Shown: positions 9,658-19,522, counted from the stretch's first letter. The stretch: 64,000 nt of DNA from Clostridia bacterium (GCA_017626395.1 JAGAIU010000069.1:34015-98014); one strand, 5' to 3'. The notes: generated from the sequence alone by a model not told the origin. Translations and numbers: made by a program.

Positions 9658-9800
9658 ATTCACATAATTCTGTATATTATATATACAGCTTATCCATAAT
9701 TAGATTTTACCAATTAAGTAAAATTAGTTAAATTATGTTGAATTATACAGCATATATTAGAACCATTAGCTAACAAACTCTCAAAAAGGAGTGTTTTATT

Positions 9801-10097
9801 ATGAAAAATAATATTTTTAAAAAAATAGCTAATGGAGAAACTTCTATTAGCGCTAAAGTTTGTAATTTTAATTTAAGAGTTGAGGAATTAGAAGATCTAA
9901 AAGTAAAACTTGAAGTATCTAGTGGAGATAAAGAATTAGATAAGAAATATCAGAGAATATATTTTTCTAAACTTTATGAACTTCAAATGTTGTTTTCTGA
10001 AATAGAGGAAGATAATATAGTATACTTTAGAGGAACTTTAAGACTTATCGTATCTAATTTAAAACATAAATTAGATTTAGTTAATATTAGAAAATAA
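9801..10097 (+). CDS. hypothetical protein
   Basis: 98-aa ORF, RBS AAAGGAG upstream, no motif recognised. Confidence 0.5.
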   Translation: MKNNIFKKIANGETSISAKVCNFNLRVEELEDLKVKLEVSSGDKELDKKYQRIYFSKLYELQMLFSEIEEDNIVYFRGTLRLIVSNLKHKLDLVNIRK

Positions 10098-10184
10098 TAT
10101 TAGTATTCTAAATTCTTAATATGAAATTATTAAAAAGGAACAAAGATACGAGCTGTATATTGAGTTCTGGTGCTAATGGATTGA

Positions 10185-10211
10185 AAGCAAGGATTTAATC
10201 CTTGCTTTTTA
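10185..10211 (+). terminator. intrinsic terminator
   Basis: AAGCAAGGAT / ATCCTTGCTT stem plus TTTT. Confidence 0.7.
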
Positions 10212-10287
10212 TTATATACAACAATATAAATTGTTGATTATATTTTTTCACTATGATAAAATCTTCATATAATCAAAGGAGAGATAT

Positions 10288-11649
10288 ATGTTAGAGAAAA
10301 TATTTAAATTAAAAGAAAATAAGACAACAGTTTTAACAGAATTTATTGCAGGACTAACAACTTTTATGGCAATGGCATATGTTATTTTTATTAATCCAGC
10401 AATACTTTCTAATACAGGTATGGATTATAATGCAGTATATGTTGCAACAATAATAGCTTCAATGATAGGAACAATATTTTTAGGTGTTGTAGCGAATGTA
10501 CCATATGTACAAAGTGCTGGTCTTGGACTTAATGCATTATTTACATATACAATATGTGGTACTATGGGATTTACTTGGCAACAAGCATTAGCAATGGTAT
10601 TTATTTGTGGTGTTATTAATGTATTAATTACAGTTACAAGTATAAGAAAGCGAATAATTAAAGCTATACCAGAATTTATGCAAGAAGCAATAACAGTTGG
10701 TATAGGACTATTTATTGCATATATTGGAATAAAAAGTGCAGGTTTAATAGAGTTTTCTGTATCAGCAGTAAATAATGGAATAGCACTTGCGGGAGATACT
10801 GTACCACAACTTGCATTATTTAATAACAAAGAAGTAATACTTGCACTTATTGGAATAGTATTAACAGGAATTTTAGTATCTAAAAAGGTTAAAAATTCAT
10901 ATTTAATATCAATTATAGCAACAACAATAATAGGTATATTTATGGGGGTTACAACTTTACCAGATTTTTCAAATTATAGTGCTATTCCATCTTTAGAACC
11001 TACATTTTTAAAACTAGATTTTAAAGGGCTATTTACTGCAGAAGCAGGAATAGTAGTTGTTATTATGACAATATTTGCATTAGTAATATCAGATCTTTTT
11101 GATACTATAGGTACTTTTATAGGCACAGGAAAGAAATCTGGAATATTTAAATTAGATGAAAATGGTAATATGCCTAAAAATTTAGAAAAAGCATTAGCTT
11201 GTGATTCTTCAACAACAATATTAGGTGCATTACTTGGCACAAGTAATGTTACAACATATGTAGAAAGTAGTGTTGGAATAGAAGCTGGTGGAAGAACAGG
11301 ACTAACTGCTGTGTTTGCTGCTTTATGCTTTGGATTATCTTTATTCTTAAGTCCAATAGTAGCTTGTGTTCCAATGGCAGCTATAGCACCTATATTAATA
11401 TTTGTAGGTCTATCTATGCTTGAAAATATAGTAAAGATAAATTGGAAAGATATTATAATCGCTATACCAGCATTCTTTATTATAATTATGATGCCATTAT
11501 CATATTCAATAACTACAGGAATACAATTTGGCTTTATAATGTATGCAATAGTAAGTTTAGTAAATAAAAAAGGAAAAGAAGTTTCTCCTATAATTTATAT
11601 ACTTTCATTACTATTTATATTTAGTTTTATATATAATGCAATAAGTTAA
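10288..11649 (+). CDS. NCS2-family purine permease (AzgA/PbuG-type adenine/guanine/hypoxanthine permease)
   Basis: 453 aa. N-terminus FKLKENKTTVLTEFIAGLTTFMAMAYVIFINP is typical of this family. Multi-TM throughout. Confidence 0.8.
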   Translation: MLEKIFKLKENKTTVLTEFIAGLTTFMAMAYVIFINPAILSNTGMDYNAVYVATIIASMIGTIFLGVVANVPYVQSAGLGLNALFTYTICGTMGFTWQQALAMVFICGVINVLITVTSIRKRIIKAIPEFMQEAITVGIGLFIAYIGIKSAGLIEFSVSAVNNGIALAGDTVPQLALFNNKEVILALIGIVLTGILVSKKVKNSYLISIIATTIIGIFMGVTTLPDFSNYSAIPSLEPTFLKLDFKGLFTAEAGIVVVIMTIFALVISDLFDTIGTFIGTGKKSGIFKLDENGNMPKNLEKALACDSSTTILGALLGTSNVTTYVESSVGIEAGGRTGLTAVFAALCFGLSLFLSPIVACVPMAAIAPILIFVGLSMLENIVKINWKDIIIAIPAFFIIIMMPLSYSITTGIQFGFIMYAIVSLVNKKGKEVSPIIYILSLLFIFSFIYNAIS

Positions 11650-11665
11650 TATAAGGAGATAATTA

Positions 11666-12193
11666 ATGTATAAAGATAAAAAAATAATATATATTTATGG
11701 TGCAAGTGGTGCTGGCTCTACAACACTTGGAAGTAAATTAGTAGAAAAATATAATGGTGCATTAATAGATACAGATGAGTATTTTTGGAGTAACGATACA
11801 CCAGAAAAAAGATACAAAAGTATGTTAAAAGATGTTAAAGAGGCTAATACAAGTTTAGTAGTAATTACAGGAAGTTTTTGGAACTGGGATTACGACTATT
11901 CAGAATTAATAACCTATATAGATAAATTTGTGCGAGTAATGTTAGATAAAAATATTCGTCTTGAAAGATTACAAAAACGAGAAGAAGCAAGATATGGAGA
12001 TAGAATAAAAGAAGGTGGAAATTTATATAATAAACACACAGAATTTATTAAATGGGCTTCTTTTTACGATGATGGAGATTTATCTACAAGAAGTTTAGCA
12101 TCACATAAATATTTTGAAGATAAATACAATGTAACACCAATTATTATAGATTCAAAAAATGATATTGAATATAATTTGAGTTGTATTTTATAG
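11666..12193 (+). CDS. P-loop NTPase/kinase-like protein
   Basis: 175 aa with Walker A YGASGAGSTTLG near the N-terminus. Confidence 0.5.
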   Translation: MYKDKKIIYIYGASGAGSTTLGSKLVEKYNGALIDTDEYFWSNDTPEKRYKSMLKDVKEANTSLVVITGSFWNWDYDYSELITYIDKFVRVMLDKNIRLERLQKREEARYGDRIKEGGNLYNKHTEFIKWASFYDDGDLSTRSLASHKYFEDKYNVTPIIIDSKNDIEYNLSCIL

Positions 12194-12203
12194 GAGAAAA
12201 AAT

Positions 12204-12755
12204 ATGATTATAGAAAGTAATAGATTAATTTTAAGAAATTGGAAAGATGAAGATATTAATGATTTAGTAGAAGGCTTAAATAATATAAACGTTTCTAAAT
12301 GGATGGCTGGAGTTCCGTTTCCATATACAGAAAATGATGCTAAAAATTTTATTGAATATACTAAAACTTTAGATTCTAAATCTAAAATATCATTAGCTAT
12401 AGTTTTAAAGGAAAATAATAAGGTTATAGGTGGTACTGAGATAACTAATATTAATACAAAAGACGGAACTGCTGGTGGCGGAATATGGCTTAATGAAGAG
12501 TATCAAAAAAACGGGTATGGGACTGAAGCTTTTAGTATGAAAATAAAATATGCTTTTGATGTATTAGGTTTAAGAAGGATGGAAAATGGATATTTTCCAG
12601 GAAATGATAAATCTGAGAGAATGCAGTTAAAACTAGGATTTAAAAATGAAGGCATAAGAAGAAAGAAATTTTTATGCTTAGCTACTAACGAATATGTAGA
12701 TGAATGTATTACTGGATTATTAAAAGAAGAATTTGTTGAGTTTAATGTAAAATAG
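12204..12755 (+). CDS. GNAT family N-acetyltransferase (RimJ/RimL-like)
   Basis: 183 aa. N-terminal ESNRLILRNWKDEDI, then QKNGYGTEA and LGLRRM motifs typical of GNAT. Confidence 0.7.
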   Translation: MIIESNRLILRNWKDEDINDLVEGLNNINVSKWMAGVPFPYTENDAKNFIEYTKTLDSKSKISLAIVLKENNKVIGGTEITNINTKDGTAGGGIWLNEEYQKNGYGTEAFSMKIKYAFDVLGLRRMENGYFPGNDKSERMQLKLGFKNEGIRRKKFLCLATNEYVDECITGLLKEEFVEFNVK

Positions 12756-12797
12756 CGCAATATTAGATAAATAGTAAGATGTAGGGGAGTAATTTAA

Positions 12798-12984
12798 ATG
12801 TTTCAAAGAAATAAAAACAGTTATAAAATTGTTGCAGTATGCACAAATGGAGATAAAAAAAGGTAGATATACTTTTATAGAGGACTATGATGAAAATTGG
12901 GATACAATAGCAGAGAGAATGTTCTATAATGAATTTGGAGTTAATCCTACAGAAATGAAAATCGAATCAAGAGAAAGAATATAA
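12798..12984 (+). pseudogene. small ORF split by an A7 tract
   Basis: RBS GGGGAG plus ATG 12798 opens a 22-codon frame ending at TAG 12864-12866 just after AAAAAAA (12855-12861). The +1 frame continues open to TAA 12982-12984. Six A residues would give one roughly 61-aa ORF. Confidence 0.25.
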
Positions 12985-13027
12985 GAGCAAATTATAATTT
13001 AGCAATCTTATGTATGAATTATAAAGA

Positions 13028-13065
13028 AAAATACCAAGCAAATTAAAAAGCTTGGTATTTTTTAT
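13028..13065 (+). terminator. intrinsic terminator
   Basis: AAATACCAAGC / GCTTGGTATTT stem plus T-run. Confidence 0.7.
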
Positions 13066-13132
13066 TTATATTACATAAAACCTTGAAAAATCAATACTTT
13101 TGTAGTAAAATATTAATCATTAAGGTGAAAAT

Positions 13133-13450
13133 ATGTTTGTAAAAAATGATAATGAGTTTATTTGTGTAAACTGTAATAAAAAAGTAGAAAAATTAAAATA
13201 TACATCAAGAGATCACTGCAATCATTGCCTTCATTCAATACATATAGATATAACACCAGGAGATAGGGCAAATGATTGTTTAGGGCTACTTGTACCAATT
13301 AATGTTATAGATACTGCTAAAAAAGGTAAAGTAATTATCTATAGATGTAAAAAATGCGGTCAAGAATTAAGAAATATAGTAGCTAGTGATGATAGTCAAG
13401 ATGAAATATATAAAGTTGTAGAAAACTATGCAAAAGGAGTTGTAAGATAA
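13133..13450 (+). CDS. RNHCP-domain zinc-ribbon protein
   Basis: 105 aa. CVNC...RDHCNHCLHSIH...CKKC pattern matches the RNHCP domain arrangement. Confidence 0.6.
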   Translation: MFVKNDNEFICVNCNKKVEKLKYTSRDHCNHCLHSIHIDITPGDRANDCLGLLVPINVIDTAKKGKVIIYRCKKCGQELRNIVASDDSQDEIYKVVENYAKGVVR

Positions 13451-13570
13451 TGGAATATAATAAGTTATTATATAGATATGTGGTAAGGAGACGTAGATGG
13501 GAGTAATCCCGAGCATACTAAAGAAACTAATAAAAATATCATATATATAATAATGGAAGGAAAGAAGAAA

Positions 13571-15292
13571 ATGGAAGAAAAGAAAAAGATAATTGCAAGC
13601 ATGATATATAATGCTTTGCAAAATTCAGATATAACAATAGAAGAAATTGAGTCAAAAATAGAGACTCCAAAAGATAAGAAAAATGGAGATTTTGCATATC
13701 CATGTTTCAATTTAGCTAAAGTTTTAAGAAATTCACCAATAAACATAGCTAATCAAATAAAAGAAAATATTGAAGAAAATGAAAATATATCTAAAGTAGA
13801 AGTAGTAAATGGTTTTTTAAACTTCTATTTAAATAGTGAAAATATAGTAAATGATGTATTAAAAGGAATAGTAGAAAAAGGTACAGAATATGGAAAATCT
13901 ACTGAAGGAAATGGTATAAACATTATAGTTGAATATTCTTCACCAAATATTGCTAAACCATTCCACTTAGGACATTTTAGAAATACAGTACTAGGTAATG
14001 CATTATATTCTTTATATAAAGAACTTGGATATAATGTAACAGGTATAAACCACTTAGGAGACTGGGGAAGACAATTTGGTATCTTAATTGAAGGATATAG
14101 AAGATTTAAAGATGAATATGATTTAGAAAATAATCCTTTAGAAGCTTTATCTGATATTTATGTAAGAATAAATAAAATAGCTAAAGAAGATGAAGAAGTT
14201 ATGAACATAGCTCGTGAAAACTTCAAAAAATTAGAAGAAGGCGATGAAGAATTAACTAAATTATGGGCATACTTTAGAGAAGTATCTTTAAAAGAATATA
14301 ACAGAATATATAAAATTTTAGGAAGTCAATTTGATTCATATAATGGAGAAGCTTTCTATAATGATAAAATGCAAGAAGTAGTAGATATACTAGATAAAAA
14401 TGGTGCTCTTATTGATAGTCAAGGAGCAAAAGTTGTAAATGTTGGCGATGATATGCCACCATGTATTGTACTTAAATCTAATGGCTCAACTATATATGCA
14501 ACTCGTGATTTAGCTGCTATATTATATAGAACAAGAACTTATGATTTTACTAAATGTATATACATTACTGCAACAGAACAAATACTACACTTTAAACAAG
14601 TATTTGAAGCTGCAAAACATTTAATAGATGCTGAACATCAAAAAGGTTTAGTACACGTATCTTATGGTATGATAAGACTTAAAACTGGTAAAATGTCTAC
14701 TCGTGAAGGTAATGTAATCTATGTTACAGAACTTTTAGACGAAGCAGTAAAAAAAGCTAAAGATATAATAGTAAATAAAAATCCAAACTTAGAAAATGCA
14801 GATACAGTTGCAAATCAAGTAGGTGTAGGTGCATTAATATTTAACTATCTAAAGAGTGGTAAAAACAAAGACATTATATTTGATTTAGATGATACATTAA
14901 GATTTGATGGAGAAACAGGACCATATGTACAATATACATATGTAAGAACAAAATCTATACTTGAAAAAGTGGGATTTAATGCAGAAAATATAGATATAAA
15001 TTCTATAGATTTTAACGCATTAAAAGAAAAACAAGAAGTAGAATTAATTAAAGAATTAGAAAAATTTGAAAGTATAATTAGAAAAGCTGCAAATGACTAT
15101 GAGCCATCTGTACTTGCAAGATACTTAATAGATGTAGCAACTGCATTTTCAAGATTCTATAATGAATGTAGCGTAGCAAATCTAGAAGATGAAAATCTAA
15201 AAGCTGCAAGATGTGTTCTAGTATATGCAACATCTATAGTAATTAAAAAAGGTTTATCGCTTCTTGGAATTGATTGTCCAGAAAAAATGTAA
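13571..15292 (+). CDS. argS: arginine--tRNA ligase
   Basis: Class I HIGH-type motif PFHLGHFRN, full-length ArgRS-like architecture. ATG 13571 has RBS GGAAGG. ATG 13553 from the ORF track lacks one. Confidence 0.9.
   Translation: MEEKKKIIASMIYNALQNSDITIEEIESKIETPKDKKNGDFAYPCFNLAKVLRNSPINIANQIKENIEENENISKVEVVNGFLNFYLNSENIVNDVLKGIVEKGTEYGKSTEGNGINIIVEYSSPNIAKPFHLGHFRNTVLGNALYSLYKELGYNVTGINHLGDWGRQFGILIEGYRRFKDEYDLENNPLEALSDIYVRINKIAKEDEEVMNIARENFKKLEEGDEELTKLWAYFREVSLKEYNRIYKILGSQFDSYNGEAFYNDKMQEVVDILDKNGALIDSQGAKVVNVGDDMPPCIVLKSNGSTIYATRDLAAILYRTRTYDFTKCIYITATEQILHFKQVFEAAKHLIDAEHQKGLVHVSYGMIRLKTGKMSTREGNVIYVTELLDEAVKKAKDIIVNKNPNLENADTVANQVGVGALIFNYLKSGKNKDIIFDLDDTLRFDGETGPYVQYTYVRTKSILEKVGFNAENIDINSIDFNALKEKQEVELIKELEKFESIIRKAANDYEPSVLARYLIDVATAFSRFYNECSVANLEDENLKAARCVLVYATSIVIKKGLSLLGIDCPEKM
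15208..15292 (+). repeat. direct repeat copy 1 (functional 3' end of argS)
   Basis: 85 nt recur at 20972-21056 with four substitutions. Confidence 0.85.
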
Positions 15293-15304
15293 GTAATTTT
15301 AATA

Positions 15305-15333
15305 AAAGTGCCTAAAAAATTAGGCACTTTTTA
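15305..15333 (+). terminator. intrinsic terminator after argS
   Basis: AAGTGCCTA / TAGGCACTT stem plus TTTT. Confidence 0.75.
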
Positions 15334-15364
15334 CTATTTTTAGAAAAAAATAAAGAAATTTTTA

Positions 15365-15405
15365 AAAATATGCAACCTTTTTATATAAAAAAGCGGTCTT
15401 AATAG
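15365..15405 (+). promoter_or_regulatory. ECF-sigma-type promoter, copy 1
   Basis: AAAAATATGCAACCTTTTTA...GTCTTAATA. TGCAAC at 15371-15376 and GTC at 15396-15398. Both blocks are identical to the copy upstream of the ECF sigma gene. Confidence 0.5.
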
Positions 15406-15733
15406 AGTAAGGATAAAATTGGATGTGCACTCAGTTTTAAAATATATTAATACAATAAAATTTTTAGGTATAGGTAAAAATAGTTTTCTAATTTACTGAT
15501 TAGTGAAAGAAACAAAATTGTGCTAATATATATTACTTGCAATAAAAAGTTTTTTAATCTATATACGAAAAAATTGGCATTATAGTTACCAAATTATAAA
15601 TATTAACTATACTTTTTGATTAATAAAAATACTTACAGTGCTTATACTAATTATCCTTTCTATAGAATCCTTTAATTTTATATGATAAAATGTAATTAGT
15701 AGAATAAAAGTAATAAGTTAGGAGGAGAAAATT

Positions 15734-16039
15734 ATGGAAAATTTATGGGTTATATACTGGTTATTTTTAGCATTTGCTTTAGTTTTTGGAGTGATACACA
15801 CTATTAAAATAAAAAAGTGTACAGGAATAATGCAAATAGTTTTATCAATTATTTTACCAATATGGGCATTGGTTTTTAGTTTAAAAAGAAATTGGATAGA
15901 TGGAAACGAAAGTGAAATAGAATTTTTATTATCAAAAATAATAGAGGGCTCTATTGAAGCTATAATTATAGTTATACTATTTATAGTATTATTTGGAGTA
16001 ACCATATATAATTTATTAAATTATATAAGAAATAAATAG
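15734..16039 (+). CDS. small integral membrane protein
   Basis: 101 aa, three hydrophobic segments, RBS AGGAGGAG. Confidence 0.55.
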   Translation: MENLWVIYWLFLAFALVFGVIHTIKIKKCTGIMQIVLSIILPIWALVFSLKRNWIDGNESEIEFLLSKIIEGSIEAIIIVILFIVLFGVTIYNLLNYIRNK

Positions 16040-16140
16040 TATGAAATTTATTTTTTAAAATTATAGCTTAATTATTTTAAGACATCTTTTTAATAATAAT
16101 GTAAGAAGTGTGCAGATGTAAAAGAAAGGAAGGAAAATTT

Positions 16141-16869
16141 ATGAGAAAAAGTTTTATTTTAATTTTATTTGTGATTACTTTGTTATTACCTTTTTCACAG
16201 GTATATGCTACAGAGGATACTTCTATATCTCAAGAAATGATTAATAATAAAGAAATATTAATTCAAAACAAAATTAATGAATTTATAGATTCAAAAGGAA
16301 AAAGTGATATCAATTACTTATCTGTAGAGGAAGAAATAGAATTAGTAAAAATAATAGAAGAATATAAATATACCATAAATAATAATGAATATTCAATTAA
16401 TGGAGTAATTGAATCTGGAATATATGCTTCAACTGCTGATATAGGTGGATATATATTTTCATCTTTAGATTCAAGAACATCTGGTTGGAATCATGGACAT
16501 GCAGGAATTGGTTATTCTTCAGGAGGAAATGTAATAGAGGCTAATCCTAATGTTGGGGTAAAATTATACTCAAACCGTGTTGAAGAGTATTGGGGAAATT
16601 GTCAAACAGGTGGCATATATTGGGTTAATGGAGCTTCTTCTTCGCAATATACAATTGCCAAGAATTATGCATATAGTAAACTTGGGTGTGACTATAACTT
16701 TAATGCTTTGGATACTAATAGTTTTTATTGCAGTGAGTTAGTTTATTATGCATGGGATGCAGCTGGATATAATATAGCTTCTTCTAGAGTATGGGGAACA
16801 CTTATATTACCATCTCAAATTATGAATGATGGTGATACAGTATTAGGAGTAACATTCCCTCTTAGCTAA
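16141..16869 (+). CDS. secreted permuted-papain (YiiX/C92, NlpC/P60-like) cysteine amidase
   Basis: Signal peptide MRKSFILILFVITLLLPFSQVYA. His before Cys order (WNHGHAGIGY ... SFYCSELVYYAWD) typical of the permuted C92 family. Confidence 0.55.
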   Translation: MRKSFILILFVITLLLPFSQVYATEDTSISQEMINNKEILIQNKINEFIDSKGKSDINYLSVEEEIELVKIIEEYKYTINNNEYSINGVIESGIYASTADIGGYIFSSLDSRTSGWNHGHAGIGYSSGGNVIEANPNVGVKLYSNRVEEYWGNCQTGGIYWVNGASSSQYTIAKNYAYSKLGCDYNFNALDTNSFYCSELVYYAWDAAGYNIASSRVWGTLILPSQIMNDGDTVLGVTFPLS

Positions 16870-16880
16870 AGTAAAGATAA

Positions 16881-17858
16881 ATGAAAATAAAAAAAATATA
16901 TAAATTTCTAATTATTTTATTAATAATTATTATAGTTCTCCTAATTAAGTCAAAAAGCATATATGTATTCGAAACTGAAAATAAACAAATATACCTTATT
17001 CAAATTTCTAGTATAAATTCGGGTAATGTTGTAAATAAATTTCAATATTATAATGAAAACGGAAAAATAATTAAAGAAGAAAAGTTTGAAGACAGTGGGG
17101 ACGTTAGCTATAGTTGTACAAATATGAATTATATTTATTCGTTTGGACCTGGTGGATTGTATAAAACAGATTCGATAAATATGGAAACAATAAAATTATC
17201 TGATGAAGATATAAATATTGTGAAATTTTATAACAATAAAATGTATTATTTTGTTAATAATGGTTTTAAGTCTAATGGATATGAAAGTAAAATTTGCACA
17301 GAAAATGAGTGTATAAAGGTAGATTTTTTTATATTAGATTTTGCAATTTATAATAATAAATATTATATTTTAGGAATGGACTCACTATATGTATATAATG
17401 TAAGCAATGATTTGATAAAAAAAATAGATTTATCAGATTTTGGAGCATACCAAAAAATTTTAGAAATACAAAATAAAATATTTATTGTAAACGAGTCAAG
17501 TTTTTATGAAATAAAAGAGGAAAAAATTGAATTTTTTTCAGATAATAATATAATAAAAGATCTAAATTTTAAAAGTTACAAAAATTCAAAAGGTGAACAA
17601 TATATTATTGATAATGATATGAAAAAAATTCTTAAAATAGAATTATTAGATAATTCTATGAACATAAAAGAAGAAAAAGATATTAGTTCACAATTTAAAA
17701 TATCATATGCATTTAACCTTAATGAAAGAATAGGCTACAGAATTGATTATGAAAAGAAAGAAATAATAATTAGTGAATTAAATAACAATATTTTAGCAAA
17801 ATTCAATATTAATATACATAGGAATGAGGCTATATTTAAAATATATAAACTAAAGTAA
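16881..17858 (+). CDS. membrane-anchored hypothetical protein
   Basis: 325 aa, N-terminal TM FLIILLIIIIVLLI, Asn/Tyr/Lys-rich extracytoplasmic part. Confidence 0.55.
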   Translation: MKIKKIYKFLIILLIIIIVLLIKSKSIYVFETENKQIYLIQISSINSGNVVNKFQYYNENGKIIKEEKFEDSGDVSYSCTNMNYIYSFGPGGLYKTDSINMETIKLSDEDINIVKFYNNKMYYFVNNGFKSNGYESKICTENECIKVDFFILDFAIYNNKYYILGMDSLYVYNVSNDLIKKIDLSDFGAYQKILEIQNKIFIVNESSFYEIKEEKIEFFSDNNIIKDLNFKSYKNSKGEQYIIDNDMKKILKIELLDNSMNIKEEKDISSQFKISYAFNLNERIGYRIDYEKKEIIISELNNNILAKFNINIHRNEAIFKIYKLK

Positions 17859-17921
17859 AGAAATGCAAAAAATAATATGAGTATATTAATAGAAGTGAAA
17901 GATATATACAATTAGAAGAAA

Positions 17922-17957
17922 AAAGTGCTTGAAAAAATATTTTCCAGGCACTTTTAA
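17922..17957 (+). terminator. intrinsic terminator
   Basis: AAAGTGCTTGAAA / TTTCCAGGCACTTT imperfect stem plus T-run. Confidence 0.5.
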
Positions 17958-17972
17958 TTTAAAAAAAAAATA

Positions 17973-18012
17973 AAAATATGCAACCTTTTTACTAAAAAAT
18001 ACTGTCTTAATA
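17973..18012 (+). promoter_or_regulatory. ECF-sigma-type promoter, copy 2 (likely autoregulatory)
   Basis: TGCAAC at 17979-17984 and GTC at 18004-18006, same spacing as copy 1. About 95 nt upstream of the sigma factor gene. Confidence 0.55.
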
Positions 18013-18105
18013 ATAGGGGGATATTAAGTATATAAGTCTTTTATTATACTTCCCATCTGTGATATAATGTATAAAACTTTTGTTTTTGAAAGGAAATAAA
18101 AAATT

Positions 18106-18633
18106 ATGGAAGAACTTTTAAAAAAAATAAAATTTGGAGATGAGCAAGCTTTCGAAACCATAGTTAAAACTTACGAAAAACAACTATTAGTCATTGCAGA
18201 ACTAAGAATTGGAGATGCATACTTAGCTAAAGACGCTGTTCAAGAAACTTTTCTGAGTTTATATTTAAACTCTTGGAAAATAAAAAATTCATCAAAGTTA
18301 AAATCTTGGCTTGCAATAGTTCTAGTTAGTAAATGTAATAATATACTAGAAAATAATAAATTTGCACAAATATCTTTAGAAGCTAATGAATTAGAGAATT
18401 TTATATATTCCGAAGACGAGTTTGAAAATGTAGTAGAAAATCTCGATTTTAAAAAATATATAAGCTGCTTAGATATCGATGAAAGAACAATTATAGCAAT
18501 GTATTATGATGATAATTATACTACCAAAGAAATATCTAATATTTTACATATCAGTCAAGGTACAATAAAAAGTAAAATTTCTAGAGCTAAAATTAAGTTG
18601 AAAAATAGGACAAGGGGTGAAATAAGTGAATAA
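18106..18633 (+). CDS. ECF-type (sigma-70 family) RNA polymerase sigma factor
   Basis: 175 aa. Region 2 is AKDAVQETFLSLY. Region 4 HTH is YTTKEISNILHISQGTIKSKISRAK. Confidence 0.85.
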   Translation: MEELLKKIKFGDEQAFETIVKTYEKQLLVIAELRIGDAYLAKDAVQETFLSLYLNSWKIKNSSKLKSWLAIVLVSKCNNILENNKFAQISLEANELENFIYSEDEFENVVENLDFKKYISCLDIDERTIIAMYYDDNYTTKEISNILHISQGTIKSKISRAKIKLKNRTRGEISE

Positions 18634-19426
18634 TTATAAAGATGATATAGATAGGATATTGTATGAACAAATTAAAAGTATGAAAGTACAAAAATTTAAT
18701 AAAGATGAAATTAAACATATTATTCAAAAAGCTAAAACTATTAAAAGAAATAGGATAATATCTAAAGTAGCTATATTAACAATGATAATTTTGATGACAG
18801 GGATTTTTTTGTATAGTAATAATATGCTGAATATTAAAGGAAAACTAGATAAGATTAATTTGGAATTTAACAGAGGTAATGAAATTGCTAAAGCGGAATT
18901 ATATAATGAGAGAAAGGTACAAGCTGAACAAGAATATGTACCAAATACCATAATATATAAAGAAACAGTTAAAAATGAAAAATATGTAAATGAAGTTGAA
19001 ATTTCCCAAATCTATATTGTAAAAATAAATAAAATTCAAGAATCTTATGTTATATCTCAGACACCATTTACTAAATTAAATGTAAATATATTAAAATGTA
19101 TAAAAGGTAAAGATACAGAAAATATAAATATTATTTTGAATGAGGGAAAAATATCTATTTTTGATTTAGAGAAAACTGATTTAAATAAATTTATTGATGA
19201 TAGATACAAAAATTTATCTGAAGAATATAAGAAGAATACTTTTGTAAGAGTAATATCGGAAAATAATTTTAAAAAGATAGCTGAACCAGTAGAAGGAAAA
19301 GTATACATAGTTTCTCTAAATAGCAATAATGAAGTTATTAGTAATTGTAATTATCCTTTTTTAAGATTTGATTTAAATAAAAATTTATATGAAAAAGAGA
19401 ATATTTGGTATGAATTAGATTTGTAA
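18626..19426 (+). CDS. putative anti-sigma factor (single-pass membrane protein)
   Basis: GTG start overlaps the sigma gene stop by 8 nt. 266 aa with one TM (VAILTMIILMTGIFLY) after a short cytoplasmic N-terminus. Confidence 0.55.
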   Translation: MNNYKDDIDRILYEQIKSMKVQKFNKDEIKHIIQKAKTIKRNRIISKVAILTMIILMTGIFLYSNNMLNIKGKLDKINLEFNRGNEIAKAELYNERKVQAEQEYVPNTIIYKETVKNEKYVNEVEISQIYIVKINKIQESYVISQTPFTKLNVNILKCIKGKDTENINIILNEGKISIFDLEKTDLNKFIDDRYKNLSEEYKKNTFVRVISENNFKKIAEPVEGKVYIVSLNSNNEVISNCNYPFLRFDLNKNLYEKENIWYELDL

Positions 19427-19522
19427 TTTGTGTAATAATGAGCTTTATCTAGAAAGCGAGGTGTGATTTTAAATTAGATAAAAGTTTTTCATATATAAGT
19501 ATAAAAAGGAGTGAATATATTT

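Noticed and set aside
10098-10287. Purine riboswitch upstream of the AzgA/PbuG-type permease
   Set aside because: The region contains only a terminator for the upstream ORF and a plausible extended -10 promoter. I could not find the conserved three-way-junction sequence blocks of a guanine/adenine riboswitch.
13451-13570. T-box leaders upstream of argS (also glyQS at 42743-42760 and lysS at 46538-46563)
   Set aside because: The intergenic regions are only about 100, 18 and 26 nt. None contains the T-box sequence (AAnnnGGGTGGTACCGCG) or a specifier/terminator arrangement. TGTGGTAAGGAGACG at about 13480 is only a weak partial resemblance.
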